DNA from: Adineta vaga
Taxonomy: Eukaryota > Animalia > Rotifera
Assembly: GCA_021613535.1 (NCBI GenBank)
Contig: CP075492.1
Span: 744,001-808,000 of the forward strand
Length of the DNA stretch: 64,000 nucleotides
Reading direction: 5' to 3'
The position numbers and the translations under genes are program-made. Below, piece after piece: positions 1 to 14,001 of the stretch. The notes under the pieces were generated by a model. It searched no databases, was not told where the DNA came from, and was given only the letters and a program-made list of their open reading frames with translations. The number at the start of each line of letters is the position of its first letter. Position 1 is the first letter of the stretch.

Positions 1-1071
1 ATAAAAATATTGTGTAGAATAATAAAAAGGATAAAAAATAGCTAAAACGCAATCAATCTTATATTGTTCCTCTAAGAAACGATCGAGATCAGAGAACACA
101 AGGTATTTCCCTCTCGAATGTGTTGATGCTTTTGCGATTTCTTTTGCTCCATTATGTCGAACAGGACGACGACACTACGCTTTAAGTTTGGTCATTACAT
201 TGATTAAAATTCCAATCTTCAGACGAAGAAAAGATATTCAACAGAAAAAATGATGACCTCCTCTTCACTTATGATCCACTAGTAGCTTATTTTTACTTAG
301 TTAGTGAAATCCGATTCCAATCGCCACAAATAACTTTTTTACCTTTTGACTGACCTCTTTTCTAATATATTCTGAAGTTCATATAACTCTGTTAGCTCCT
401 TTTAAGCTTGTTTCGTGTTTATTTAATCTCACTGTAAACACAAGCACACACACATATATATGTAGAGAGAGAAAAACATAGAAAGAGAAATCAGAAAATA
501 AAGGATCCAGTGGAGGACGCTCTCATTATCTTACGCAACCTTTTTCCATTCGTTTCTCTTTCATCTTTAGCAACACTTCGACGAAGAGTCGAGGACTGAT
601 CAAGACAATAGTTACACGAATAACTGTGAATAATCGAGTACATGTACAACGATAGAAGAAAGATAAATATAATCTATATATATATATTCATTCACAAAAA
701 AGATTCATAATTTTTAAACACAATGCGAATTAGAAAATGTACTTTTTCGCAAATTCAATCGTCATATATGACCGAAAAATGTCAGTGAAAATGACAATTA
801 AGTTCAAGTTCTTGATATCTGAAAATTTGTTTCTCATCAATCTTTATGGGTTATCGAAGTGTGAAATTGTTTGCTTGAATAACTAATAAGATACTGAAAG
901 AATTTGAAAAGAAACTATTCATGATTTTGTCACATCAAACTAAATAAAATAGGCATTCAAATACTTCCAATTCTATGAGATGGAAACAAATTCTGTCATC
1001 ATGATTTCATGCCATACTCTTTTTTATAAAAAGAAAGAAAATTTGAGATCTTTCTCATTTCCATTTCTAAC

Positions 1072-2141
1072 ATGTCTTCGAATAGTGTAAGTTCTGGTCT
1101 ATTAATTGCTCCAATACAATTGAATATTTATCTTGGATTATTGATATATGTAACTGGTGTTCTTGGTAGTATTGGTAATATAATTATTTACAGATCTCGA
1201 TCATTACGTGATCGAGCTTGTTCGGTTTATTTATTTTGGCGATCTGTTGTTGATTTTATTTATATGAATTCGATTCTTTTAGCACGAATTTTACAGAAAG
1301 GTTTTAAAATTCCCATCATGACACGATATGAATTTTTGTTTAAAATTCGTCAATTCGGTTCGAGTTATGTTAATCAACTTGCTTTTACTTTCTTAGCATT
1401 GGCAACACTTGATCGAATTTTCTTAGCACATCGATCACCTGGTAAGTCGAGTGAATTCTTTTCTTTTTCGCAAAAATTCTTTCTTTAATTTTAGGCCTTC
1501 GTCGATGGGGAAATCGTATTCCTTTAGCTAAAAAACTCGTCATTATGTCTAATATCATATGATTAATTGCACTTTGTCATAAATTAATTTGGTATGGCGG
1601 AGCAGCAAACGGAAAATGTGAAGCTCAACCAGGTTTCTATGCTTATTTCGACAATATATTCGGTGCAATTGTCACCTGTCTTTTCCCAATGGTTGTTTTA
1701 ACTATACTTGGAATTTTAATTGGGCGAAGTGTTCATCGTGTTGCTCAACGACGGCGGGTTGTTCCAGCAGTAACAAATGGTGGAGGAACTCATGCGGAAC
1801 AATCTGCTATACAAAAAATGGATGTACAGTTGACAATTATGCTCTTCTTGGATATATTTGTGGCAATGATTTCATTTTTACCATATGCAGTAAATTTAAT
1901 ATATGGAAATATTACGGGAAATTGGTCAAAATCAGCATTACAAGTTGCTTGGGAAAATATTATCGGTGAAATTATTAATTTATTATCTTATACATTTTTT
2001 AGTACTTCATTTTATGTTTCAATCATTTCATTGACTGGTTTTCGTGATCAACTTTTACGAGCAATTCGATTGAAGAAACCAAAAATAATGATTCATTCAC
2101 GAACAGGTATAACTACAAATAAAACTGCTCCAATTCAATAA
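1072..2141 (+). pseudogene. Orphan rhodopsin-like 7TM GPCR, 2 exons, premature stop
   Basis: GxxGN in TM1, LATLDRI (DRY-like) in TM3 and hydrophobic TM5-7. Intron 1442-1494 (GTAAG...TTAG) joins the two ORFs in frame, but there is an in-frame TGA at 1560-1562 (probably a former Trp codon). Confidence 0.8.
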
Positions 2142-2368
2142 CTCAAATGAACAAAGAAAATAAATAAGTAGCGCTTGAGGATGTGAATGAAAAATAATTA
2201 CCATAGGCACATCCTCACCCTCTAGTACAAAACAGAATACATTTTGTTTATCGTAGACCTGTGAAGATTTTCATTGTCCCTGTCATTAATCTTTGTTTAT
2301 TCGATGATGTTCATAATAAGCTACATAAAGATTTCCCAGTTGATCAAAACACATTCTTCTAGCTACAT

Positions 2369-2494
2369 CAAGGATGTGGGTTTGGATATGAGTGAGATTG
2401 ATCAATAAATATATATCACTCACACCCACACCCACACCCTCAAGATGGTGTGAGTGGATGAGATTGTGGTTATGCTCTTAACCCACACCCTCAA
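2369..2494. repeat. Two tandem telomere-repeat palindromic mini-elements
   Basis: AGGATGTGGG...CACACCCACACCCACACCCTCAAGATGG, followed by a second copy ending ACCCACACCCTCAAGATGG. A degenerate copy also lies at ~2174-2223. Confidence 0.75.
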
Positions 2495-2777
2495 GATGGT
2501 ACATCACCATCATTGATTAAAATTCAATATCAACAGCCAATTTCAATCGACGTATCATCAAGCAATCTAGATGCTTATGTATTCTCTACTAATCGACTTG
2601 ATCCAAGTTATATGACTAATACCAACTATATCTCTGATCGATTTCTTCGCATCAGAATGATTCATTTCAACGGAACAGTAATGGAATGATCTTAACATAT
2701 ATTTCTGAATTTATTAATAAGATTGTTATACTATCACGGAACAATTTTTGCATTTGGGGTTTACTAATTAATGGTAA

Positions 2778-3160
2778 TCAATTTGAGCACAAACCTTTCA
2801 AACAAAACATGCAGAAACAACAGAATATACAAAAACCGACCATTGTTCCTATAACAATTCCAACAATTGCTCCGACTGAAAGTGATTTATTCGATTCACT
2901 TGTATCTGCTCTTGATTCTTTTGCTTGAATATAATTATCATTCAATGTCCAATTGATTGTTTGATTCAATGTCGTTGTCTCAGACGTGTTCAGAATAGAG
3001 TCAACTTCTATTGATGTTGGATATAGTGCATTAGCGGCGGCATATTTATGAAAACATAAAAGACCTGCAAATAAAACAAAATATTTGAAAGAATATCAAA
3101 CAAAAGTGAATCTTGGCTATCACTTGCCGCCAAAAGAAAAAGTATTGTTAAAAACTGCAT
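2778..3160 (-). CDS. Small single-pass membrane protein with Cys-rich juxtamembrane tail
   Basis: Signal-like MQFLTILFLLAAS, an intron ending TTTGCAG (~3065), a S/T-rich ectodomain, TM SVGAIVGIVIGTMVGFCIF and tail CCFCMFC. Confidence 0.6.
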
Positions 3161-3769
3161 TTCTTGTGTTTCGTTGTATAAAAATATGACTATTGAAATT
3201 CTTCTCAGATTAACATACATTATATACACATACATGCGATGATTTATTATTGGAAGTTTCCAATTTTACAAGAAGCAATAAACTTCATATCCCATTTATG
3301 ATTTGCAATAAATCACAATGTATTATCATCACGGAAGTATTTTAGACAGTATAAACCAAGATTATTCAAAGTATTTCTTAGAAAATATTACACATTGCAT
3401 AATATTTATCGCTGATAGTCAAAATGTAGATGTTTCTGTTTTCTCTTCACCTAAACTCCACATCCTCACAAAATCGTTCGACGAAATATTCGACGTTATC
3501 TATTGACTCAGTATACTGAAAATAATGTATGATTTATTACTCGTAAAAATCGCAGTTATAACCTGTAACGGTTAAATCTATTCATAGATATTAGCAATAA
3601 ATTGTGAAGAACAAAAGCACATGATGAATGTATTATTATTATAAACATACATTACTGATGTATTTTAAAGAAAAAACAAGAAAATTATTCTATTTTTCCT
3701 TCTGATTAAAAGAAAAAAAATCTTATTTTTTAAATAAAATTAGTTCAATAGTTTATTTTAAATGTCTTC

Positions 3770-4100
3770 CTAGGTTTGTTCGCCTATTGGTAAATTACAA
3801 CGAGGACATCCTGGGCACTGTTTTCCATTGATTGTTTCCAGAGTTTGTTGAAGATTTTCACATTCCATTGCTGGACACAAAATATGTGGACATGGAGAAA
3901 TCTATTCAAAGAAAACTATAGAATTCAATTGAAATAAAAAAGAAAGAGAATTTACTGTTTTAATATCTACATTTGAGGGTTCATCAGTTGAAATATCCGA
4001 TGCTATACAAATCAAATTTATATAATGAATTTATTTCTTGTACAATAATTACCAGGTACACTATACTCATCTCTTTCATACACTTTTTGCGGTACACATC
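3770..4100 (-). pseudogene. Cys-rich small protein, 3' exons only
   Basis: Last exon 3901-3770 translates ISPCPHILCPAMECENLQQTLETINGKQCPGCPRCNLPIGEQT*. Two short upstream GT-AG introns; the 5' end is not resolved. Confidence 0.45.
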
Positions 4101-4414
4101 ACTTTCGGATGAAATCCGAAGTTTTCGCATTTATTCTTTGTGAAATTAATTTGACTTTAAAAACTGTATGTTGTTTTTATTATTTAATTGAATAAATCAC
4201 AAGACATCGACAAACAGCGAGTGAGACACGAATAACAAAATAGAAAGCGAATGTCTGTTGATAGATGACTATGATATAAAAGCAAATGTTCCTTTACAAA
4301 AAAAATGTTCTTCACATACAAAAGGCACAGAGTTACAACATCGACTTAGAAAATGATAATCATTTAACCACAAAATATTGTCGATAGATATCTTCTACTC
4401 AATTAAATTGTATG

Positions 4415-7400
4415 TCAACGAGTAAACCTTCGATTGATGATGCGTTGAGGCAGAATCTTTTTGATGATTATCAGCAATGCTGCTTTATAAGTCTGTGATG
4501 GCAGAATGAATGCAAAGACTACCGACATTGATGGTAAAAATCCGATGAGATAACTAAATACAATAAGAAGAGGACGTCGATCAACTTTATTACACACAAA
4601 GGTGAAAGTCAAAATGAGACGAGGTAGAGCGAGTAAACCAAGAATTGCAGGCGCAATCAGTATGTGCTTGTGTCTGCGAATTTGTTTTTTTATGTCTGCA
4701 AATAATAAATTACCAGTCACGTTCTTATTAGCGGTTGGTTGTGCAGTCGCCTGTCGCTTCGATGAAAGAGTACCCATAATAATGATGACACTACTGGCAA
4801 AATTACAAATTATTGGTAGTAGAAATAACGAAATATTTAAAGTTGAATAAACGGTTAGAAAACTTGGTCGATCAGCATTGATTGTAAGTACACACCACTC
4901 TTGGTTGTCCTGTGTATCATTTACTATTCGACGAAAAATTAATTCTGGCGTGCAAAAGAGACCAACTAGGATAAACACTGCTAGAATGACCCATTTGGCT
5001 ACGCTTTTACTTTTTGCAGTCTGGAAGCGGGTTTTACGTGTAACGGCCATTGTTCGTTCGATGCCTACGGAGGCATTAAGCCATTCACAACTTGCCGGAC
5101 ACCATTTTAATAGAAACTCCATGAGTGAACAGCTAACGTTATTCTGCTTTTGACTGAACAAGACGATTATTTTACACACAAGTGTTATCATATTGGCCAA
5201 CCCGATTAAAGATGAAAATAATAAATAACGATCACAACCAGATTTTCGTGCCTTTTCTTGAACAAATGTGCTCGTGGAGAGACCATTAAGTATCAATCCA
5301 AAAACGGCCAAGATACAAACCAAAACGATAGTCCATTTAACCTCACTTGACTGGTAAAGAATACTAGTTGCAGTCGGTAATATATAGGAGCCGATAATAC
5401 CATCAAGCGAAAGAGTATAACCGGCCATTGAGAATTGACATATATTTCCGTAGCTGCATGGGTCACAGAGGCACACGGAAGTAGTTGGACAAATTTTATG
5501 ATCTTGGACACACATACCTTGACCACTACACGTGCTTAATGGACATCCATACTTTGTTGTCTTGAAATTCACACAATCTGTATGGTTGATCTTATTACAT
5601 AAACACATGAGTTCATCATCGTAAAAACAAGTCAATCTCTTTCCTTTGTGTAACTTTTCAAGACACAAACTTTGATAGCTCTTAACGCGTTGTAGTGGAC
5701 GTTGAGCGAGAACAGTAGGATCCAACAGCTCTCGAATATGATGACATCGATTGGATGATTGTATTTTAGTATCTATCTCATTAAATTTATTGCAAGGATA
5801 CGTTGCACATAAAACCAAGAGATAATATTCAAATTGATCACGATCTTCATACAGTTGAATGAAAACAAGTGATGGCATTACCACAGAATTTTTGACAAAA
5901 AATGTAAAATTTGATATACCTCGATGAAGACGCCGAAAATAGACTAAGTGACTAGGTTCGCCCAAAAATAGTTGTAAAAAAGTGTGAATGAATACAATTT
6001 TCGATGATGGAATAGGAGTATCTTTTGTAAATGTTACATGAATTTGTGGTGCACGGCTTTCACACCGTTTACCAACCCATTCTAAATCACATAGACATTC
6101 AAATGCTGTGTACGCTTTAGATTGTAATTCATTTATCGTTATACAGCGACCGTTTCCACTACACATAGCACGAGTGCATGGATCAAATGGAATCAAACAT
6201 CGGCTACCAATACGCCCCGCTGGACATACACATATATCTCGATTGAGCTGACTATCTTTTCCAAGACAGAGAGACTCGTTTGAACATGATGAACAACGAC
6301 TATTTTTGAACGTTATTTGCATTGTTTCTGATACCTTTGCTGTATCAGGTATGATCAATCGCTTTGCTATTCGGTTGACTGGTAAAAATTCGAATGGAAC
6401 AGAAAAATTCCATGATATACGATGTTCAAGTTCTTGGAATGTAAACACATGAATAAACACTGAATGATTGTAAAGTAGTGATGATTCGTTGATTGGATAG
6501 GGCAAATAGATTAAATAGCGAGGCAAACAATTAAATAATGGATTGTAAATAATCTGTTCATATGAAATAATAGAAGCGTTGTAATCATTACGTACTAAGA
6601 GAATGACAACTTTAAAGAATGATGATAGAGGATCAAGATGATCAATCGAACCCATGACTTGTAGTTGAAGTACGAATATCAGTCGCCTACGTTGAAATTG
6701 ACATCGATCACCATAGTACTGATTCGGACAGAAACAATAGAAACCAGGAGGATTGATTGATGAACGTATATGTACTCCGCGGTTACAGCGCCAAAGAATA
6801 GAATCGTCAAATAATGATCGACTTTGTCCAATTTGACTTGTTATTATTTTTTCTGAACGCTGTTCCGGATAGCTTGAAAAATGGATGAGATCTATTGATT
6901 CTACAAACGTTCGATCGATGAGCTCGCAAAAGATTTCATCTTCACCGTCGCGACAGTGGAATTTAGTATCACAACGGGTAATACGATTACGTACAGAACC
7001 ATCACGACAACGAAAAAGGCCAATTTCACAGGATGACTCTTTTCCATTGTAGAGCCATTTGCATGCAGTAGTTTCATCATCATTTTCCGGACAATCCTGA
7101 TGACAATCGCAGACTTGCATAGGCGAAATACATAGATCTGAATTTCGACATCGATAGCGACGCATAAGATTATCTTGATAATGGATACGACAGAATTTTC
7201 GTTCATCAGCTGCGCCCAAACAATTGATAACATCATCATTAGCTTTCGAAATCGACAAACATTTTGGATAGCCCGTCTGAGGATCAAAACACATATGTTG
7301 AGTGCGATTACAACCCATGGCTTGATACAAGAACGAAAAACAACCGATTTCATCACGTCCGTCTAGAAGATTCCATGCACGATTGCATTTGTTATGAGAT

Positions 7401-10400
7401 GCATTATGATACCATTGGGTCATGATACAGTTCGATTCATCCGTGTTATTATCCATATCGGGTATACTTTCAATAATCCCATTGCAAATGTGACCAAAAG
7501 TCAAGTTGAAATAAGGTGGCTCATGACGGTAGATCCGACATTTATCGGAATCTACGTTCTCGCATGAATAACGATGGAAAGTACCTTCATCACTTCCATC
7601 GACGCAATTCCACTAGAACAGTGCACAAGTTTTGGATTATACTTTAAGACAAAAATGATGGCAGACTACACAAGAAACATCAAAAGGAAAATAATTGTTT
7701 CAATTTGATTTAAAACTCATGCAACTGAAAATTCCCCCAACTATCTTCGATATCGGCATTCCTTGCAAACAATTCTCCCAACAAATTCTAATATCGTGTA
7801 TACTACGTTGTGTTTTTTTTCTTATTTTGTATGAATCTTCGAGTGTGTAAAGTAGAAGTTTGATATATTTGATCCAGTACAGTATACAGTATAATGTCTC
7901 TATAGTGGTCACCCAAGGGCCATTTCAAAGTGTACACACTATACGAAGGTGTTCACATAGGGAGATTATACTGTATCTTTATTCATTCTTTTTATCATAT
8001 TATCATAATTTTCTAGCATTGAGCCTGTAGTTTTGGCGTTTTCTTAATTTGAGTCCGAAAGATAATCTAGTGGTTCTTGAACGAGAAAAGTTACTATAAA
8101 ACTTATGAATAGTCTTGCAAAAGTTCTTCCAAAACTTGTGCTGAAAATAATAGCCTCAGTTCAGCTACAATTCAGTTTCATGCATTCTAAGTGATCTTCA
8201 AAAACCGGTTTGAAATCACTTGTATAGATTATAAACAAAACCGTATTTACGCAGTAGAGACGAAAGCTATAGGAAAAATTTTCACCGAGAACAGGACGGA
8301 ATAGTTGTAAAACAAACGATAACCCAGGAAGATCCCCAAATCTGGAATTGATAATACCAGTAGCTAGAGCTCGTTGAGTCAAATCTCTTCACCAATCGAT
8401 TGACCGATTCACCTTCGGTACATATCGAAAATCTTAGATTTACATATGATAATCTAGGAAAAAATAGAAGGGATCTAGTTTCTCGACTTTTAACCTCACC
8501 ATTGGTTATATATCAATTATATATGTCAAACAAACTATGCGTAAAATTGAAAAATTAGATCCCTTCTATTTTTCTTAGGATATAACATATAAATCTAGGA
8601 TTTTCGATATGTATCTAAGGTGAGTAGATCAATCGATTTGTGAGGAGATTTGCTCTTCGTATATTGGAAAGAAGAATATTCATCAGCGAGTCTTTTTTTA
8701 CCCATTTTTGGATCTCCGTGGATCTTTGTAGAATCTGCTCAACGGACTCTATCTATTGGTATTAACAATTCCCAATTTGGGTATCATTGTGAGTCTTCGC
8801 TTGTTTTACAAATACTCGACAACCACCAGAAAAATTTCACTTTGCAGCTCCCTAAACGGCGCCTGTTTCCATCCATTGGAAATAAATCTTAAAAGAAAAA
8901 GATAACTTTTCTCTATCGGTTTCATTATCGTAGCCTTAACAAAATAATTCAGACAGGCAAACAAATAATTTGGTCGTCGTTTATTGGTATTTTTCGAGCT
9001 CTAGATTAATTTAGCCCGATAACCTGTTATCAATTTAGTAGCTGTTCATTTTGTTCATTGGGATATGAGATCTCATTGTACTATGTATACATACAGGTTA
9101 ACTGACACCGACGGTGTCGGCTTAGTCAGTGACAGTTCTTCGGTATTTGCACTGGGACTGCACATTCCTACATTAAGATGAACTGATCACTCAGAAATCA
9201 ATTTGAAAATAGATTTTAGTAAAATCAACAACAGAAGCACTATTCAAAGACTGATCGTTTCAGCAAAAATAATCTGTTTCCAGTCTCACACTTCGACCTG
9301 ATAAATACTCACGATTTTATTGTCGATGGCCGATGTATGAATACACCTTGCTCCACTATCGCATCTATATCTAGAAGGTAAATTTAACAAACATGTGTTT
9401 GTTTGATGTTCGTCTTCGCCATTTGCACAATCGTATTTACCATCAGAAAGTCGATGGCGCGAGATAGAAGTTATATTATCATGGCATTGAAACAATGCAG
9501 ATTGATTACCACTAGCATGTGGAGAATAGATAAGTGCGCAAGAGTGCACCAAGCGTTTGACATCTTTAATCATAGCAGCGAAATTATCGTATGTTTGGTT
9601 CGTCAATGTGTCAAATGTTCGACATAATAAACCATGAAGCCAAAATAAGTTTATCGTATTCTGACTCTTAGCGAGATATGGGCATATAGTCTCATTGAAA
9701 CAGATCGATACTGGCGTGTTATTATTATATGTGAGAACTACGTGTGCAAAAAGAATGAATGTTGACGATGGCATTTGTTTTAAGTAAAGAATATCTCGTG
9801 GATATCTAGGACAGCCATCTATTGTACTTGGCCCATCATAACAGTATCCATCACCGCACGAAAATTCTGATCGGTAACATAATCGGTCTTCACAGGCATG
9901 ACTAATTCGATCGCTGCAGTCGTATGTTTCCCCTGGTATTTCATCAGATCCATCCATACAGTCGAACTCACCATCAAAGTGAAACACTTTGTCAATACAT
10001 AGTCCATTTAAACAACGAAATTCCGTTATAGGATCGCATTCATTATACTCAAGTGCATCGCATTGATATTCATCCAACCCATTGGCACAATCGATTTTAC
10101 CTATGAAAATATTTTTACCGTCAGCTATCTGTATTTGGATCTCGAATATTCATTCTACGAGATCAAAAGATGATGGAAACTTCGCATATAGATGAGATCT
10201 GTCTGGGCAGAAAAAATGTCTCATTTCGATGTGTGTTGCAAAATAGCGACAATTTAATGGCAAGGTAATATCTCGGTAAGGATGCATTTGTTCTGTCTCA
10301 AATTCAGGGAAGTTTCTAATATTTATAAGACCTATCTATGGATGAAAATTTAGTTCGTTATTTGATCATTCAGGTATTCAGAAGAATCTTATAGTCATAA

Positions 10401-12432
10401 GCCAAAATCCAGTAATCGTGTGTACGCATGTTCTGCCAAAAAGCGATTGGACACAGGAAAACGCACTCTCATGAGCAGAGATGTGAGGTTTACAGACAGG
10501 CGGAGGCGCAGAAGGGGTATTTTCACAGCTACTAAGGGTGAGAGTGTGAGTGAGCGCGTTGGTCAAGGTATCTCTTCTTCACCCACACCTTCAACTCGGA
10601 ATCGAAACAGTTGTTTTTCAAAGCTAACTGGTGTATTCTGTAGACTATCCCTAAGGTTATAAAATCTTTACTCGAAGTTTTCCTAAGAGAAGTGACAGTT
10701 TTGTTAGCACTGTGACAGAGTATGTCTGAGCAACTGAAAAAACACTCGTATAACCTAGTGAGAAGTTCCTAACCAATTTCAAAGTATACAAATGCTTCTT
10801 CAGACTCGCTAGATTATGATGTAATAAAAATTTCTTTTTTCAAAACTTTATGTGACCACCACATAGCCAATTTTCTGAAGATATTTTACCATTTATATGA
10901 CTTGTGTCACATACAGCTCTCCTTTAGCTTTATCCGAATGGGATGAAATTTTTACCACAGAAACTTTGAAATATTCTCTATGCAAGCCGACAAGAATTTT
11001 GAAAAACATGTCTTTTCAAAATCTTTTTCGACTTCGCTCGATGTAGTATCGGCTGTTTTTATTTTTGATCTTTCCATCCCCACTTATAGATTTTCTAAAA
11101 TTGAGAAATCTTGTTTTCGAGAATCTTTTTCGTAGTTTTGATATTAAGACTAAAGTAAAGGATATTTTGGAAAACGGTCAAAACCACATCTGGATAATAG
11201 ATAAAAGTATCACTGCTAAAAATTTTAGCTCTATTGGACAAAGATAAAGGGGAGTTTTGGGTGTCCTAACTTTCGATGAAGAATCTGCTAAGCACAAACA
11301 AAAAGTTCTTAAAAATAGTTTTCTTTGACGTTAAACGTTGATAAACGTCTCAAAGAAATTCAACAACACGTTCAATCGAGACAGTTCAAACGTCGGTCCG
11401 AACATTAACCTATAGCTTATGTATGGCACAAATAAAAATTTTTTTTTTTCAAATTTAGCCTAAGAAAAAGAAAGATGGTGGGGCCCTTAAGGACTATCTA
11501 GAATATGATCTCTTAGTGATGGGAAATCACCTTTAACTTACAGTTATAATATCAGATCTTTGGTAATCTAAATGGCTAACTTCATAAAAGAAGTACTATT
11601 TCTCGAAAACAAAAGTACTTTTTGGAGTTTAATCAAAATTTTTCGGGCTGGTAAATCCGAATCTATACGATTTTTAAAAATTCGTGGTATCTTTATTTTC
11701 AAGAAATAGTCTTTTCTTAATGAAAATCTCAAGATCGAAAAACTTTTGATCAAACTTTTCATTACGTTTTACTCGATATCTAGTAACATAAATGTGGGTA
11801 AAGCTAACTTTCGTCCCCTAAAGAAAAGAACTCATTTACTCACCATCACATATTTCCCGCCAATCTAAGCATAAGACGGATTGACATTCGCCACCATTCA
11901 GCTCATAACATGTGCCGTTTGTGATCGAAAAGATATTATCCGGTACTTCATATCTGTCTTCAAGCCGGTCCAAGATGAAATCCATTGGTTCACTATCGGA
12001 ATCATATGCATACTCACAGTTGCTTCCGAACCATACATTGCCTTGATTCGAACAATTGACAAACAATCCAGTCTCACTACCCGATTCATATTCTTCGATT
12101 ACATCGAATGGCGCATACCACTCGAACAGCTCTCTAGCCGAGATGTTCATTTCATGCATATATTTAAATTGGAGTGGTACACCATTGACTATATTTTCAT
12201 TAGACATCAGGAGTTGGTTGTTCTTACTTGTAGGCCAACGACAATAGTAATGAGTTTCATAAGTTGGAGTCTCGTGATGTGTTACTAGAGCTGATCTAAA
12301 TACGTGCATAAACTTGAAACAATCAAAAGCAGCATTATTTCGGCAACGTATTGTATTATACAGTCGAATATTAACTGAATTTACGGACGAAACGCACCAA
12401 TAAAATAATAAAAGAAGAATACCCAGCAACAT
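4415..12432 (-). CDS. LDLa/EGF-repeat ectodomain 7TM GPCR, ~1524 aa; exons 12432-11844, 10100-9313, 7612-4415
   Basis: Signal peptide, many LDLa motifs (CxxGxCI...DCxDGSDE), EGF motifs and a C-terminal 7TM with ER at TM3. Splice sites GTGAGT/TTTCATAG and GTGAGT/TTCTAG give a continuous frame (589+788+3198 nt). Confidence 0.9.
8260..8850. mobile_element. Diverged foldback/MITE in GPCR intron 2
   Basis: 8330-8480 (…AAATAGAAGGGATCTA) is an imperfect reverse complement of 8555-8810 (TAGATCCCTTCTATTT…). Confidence 0.65.
10534..10593. repeat. Telomere-repeat palindromic mini-element (degenerate)
   Basis: AGGGTGAGAGTGTGAGTG...GGTCAAGGTAT...CACCCACACCTTCAA; shares its core with the 13554 copy in reverse orientation. 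Confidence 0.6.
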
Positions 12433-13553
12433 ATGCTTCCTAAAAAAGTGGCTACGCGTAAATGTTGATCAATGCAATAGTTCCATACTCATACTGACAA
12501 GATCTTAGCTTTACACATGAAGAAAAAAGTTTGTTAATTTTCGCCTCTCTTCCTTTGTTGATTATGTTAAAAGAAAGCCAGATGCACCTGTAAATATCAA
12601 ACTACGTCGGCGTTCATTGTTATGTCATTACAAGCTGTTATACCTCAAATAGGATAGTCGACATCAAATTTGTATGTGTCAGTATTCGATTCAAGCTTCG
12701 AAAATTATAACTCGACAAACATTTTGAAAAAATATGGAAACCAATAATAAATATTTTGTCAAAAATATTCTTTATTCTGAATATGCTCGTTGCCATCAAT
12801 TCTAAGAAATTAGATTTTGAAAACTTCAATATTAGTTTTCATAATCGATGTACACGTTAAGAGTAGCAATTCACTTTTACTTTTTGAAAAAAGTAAATAG
12901 ATAAAGTGTAACAGAAAATACTTCAGATCGATGAATATAAATCACTAGAGGAGAAATGGCTTAAAGCGCTCGGATAACACAGAAACGTAATGATTTATTG
13001 AATGATAATAATAAGATACATAACATAAAATAACAATAATTATATTGAATTAACACGGCATGAATAGTAAAAAGATTTTGCTCGTATACATATACTTTTT
13101 CTGTACAAACTTCATGTTCAGACTCTTTTTCTGTTTTCGAGTCTCGATGCAGAATGACGTCCCTTAAGAATAGTCTTCATCTTGTTTTTAATACGTCTCA
13201 CTAGCACTGAATAGAATTACCAACTACCCGTTTCTCAGAATATATCAGAGAAAGAGAGAGAGCGAGCGAGCGAGCGAGCGAAGAAGAAGGATATTGACAA
13301 AAATGCAACGAGAGAGAATATATATCGAGAGGAAATCGGAAGCAGGAAAAAACGATTATGCATTACTGAAATGAACAAGAGAGGTTTCATTCAAAAGGAT
13401 GTCCATCATTTCTCTTGGTACACCTTGGCCTCTAATTGAGACGCGCTCCCAAATGACTATAGAGCTTAATGTATACGATAACAGAATGAGCGCAAAAAAA
13501 TAGCGTATATATTTAGGGTCGAAGAAAGAACATAAGAAACAAGAGAGAGTTTG

Positions 13554-13601
13554 ATCTTGAGGGTGTGGGTGTGGGTATAGCTTGACCCACACCCTCAAGA
13601 T
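13554..13601. repeat. Telomere-repeat palindromic mini-element (near-perfect)
   Basis: ATCTTGAGGGTGTGGGT-GTGGGTATAGCTTG-ACCCACACCCTCAAGAT: a perfect 17-bp inverted repeat. Confidence 0.9.
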
Positions 13602-14001
13602 GCAAATTGACGAAATTTCGTAATGTAGCATATGCCATGGATTACTCGGGTTCTACAAAAGCGAACTTCATGAAATTTTTACAAGTAATGATAAAAATGT
13701 CATGACCATCTCTTTTGATATCGAAGAGATATGTATTTAACAAGTTAAAAAAATGAAATTCTGTAACGCTTGGCCGTGCCGATACACATATAATATATAT
13801 ATATACTCTGGTCTTTGTAGTAGAAGTCAAAACCGATCATTTTAAGTTAACACACCCTCAAAATTCTATAAAGTATATTTTTTGTATTAATACCTTTAGA
13901 TAAACAAAATAAAAATAATTATGAGAAAATCTTATTAAGGTTAACTATTTACATCGATATAATGATATTCATTTCTTGATAATTGATATATAATAAATAT
14001 T

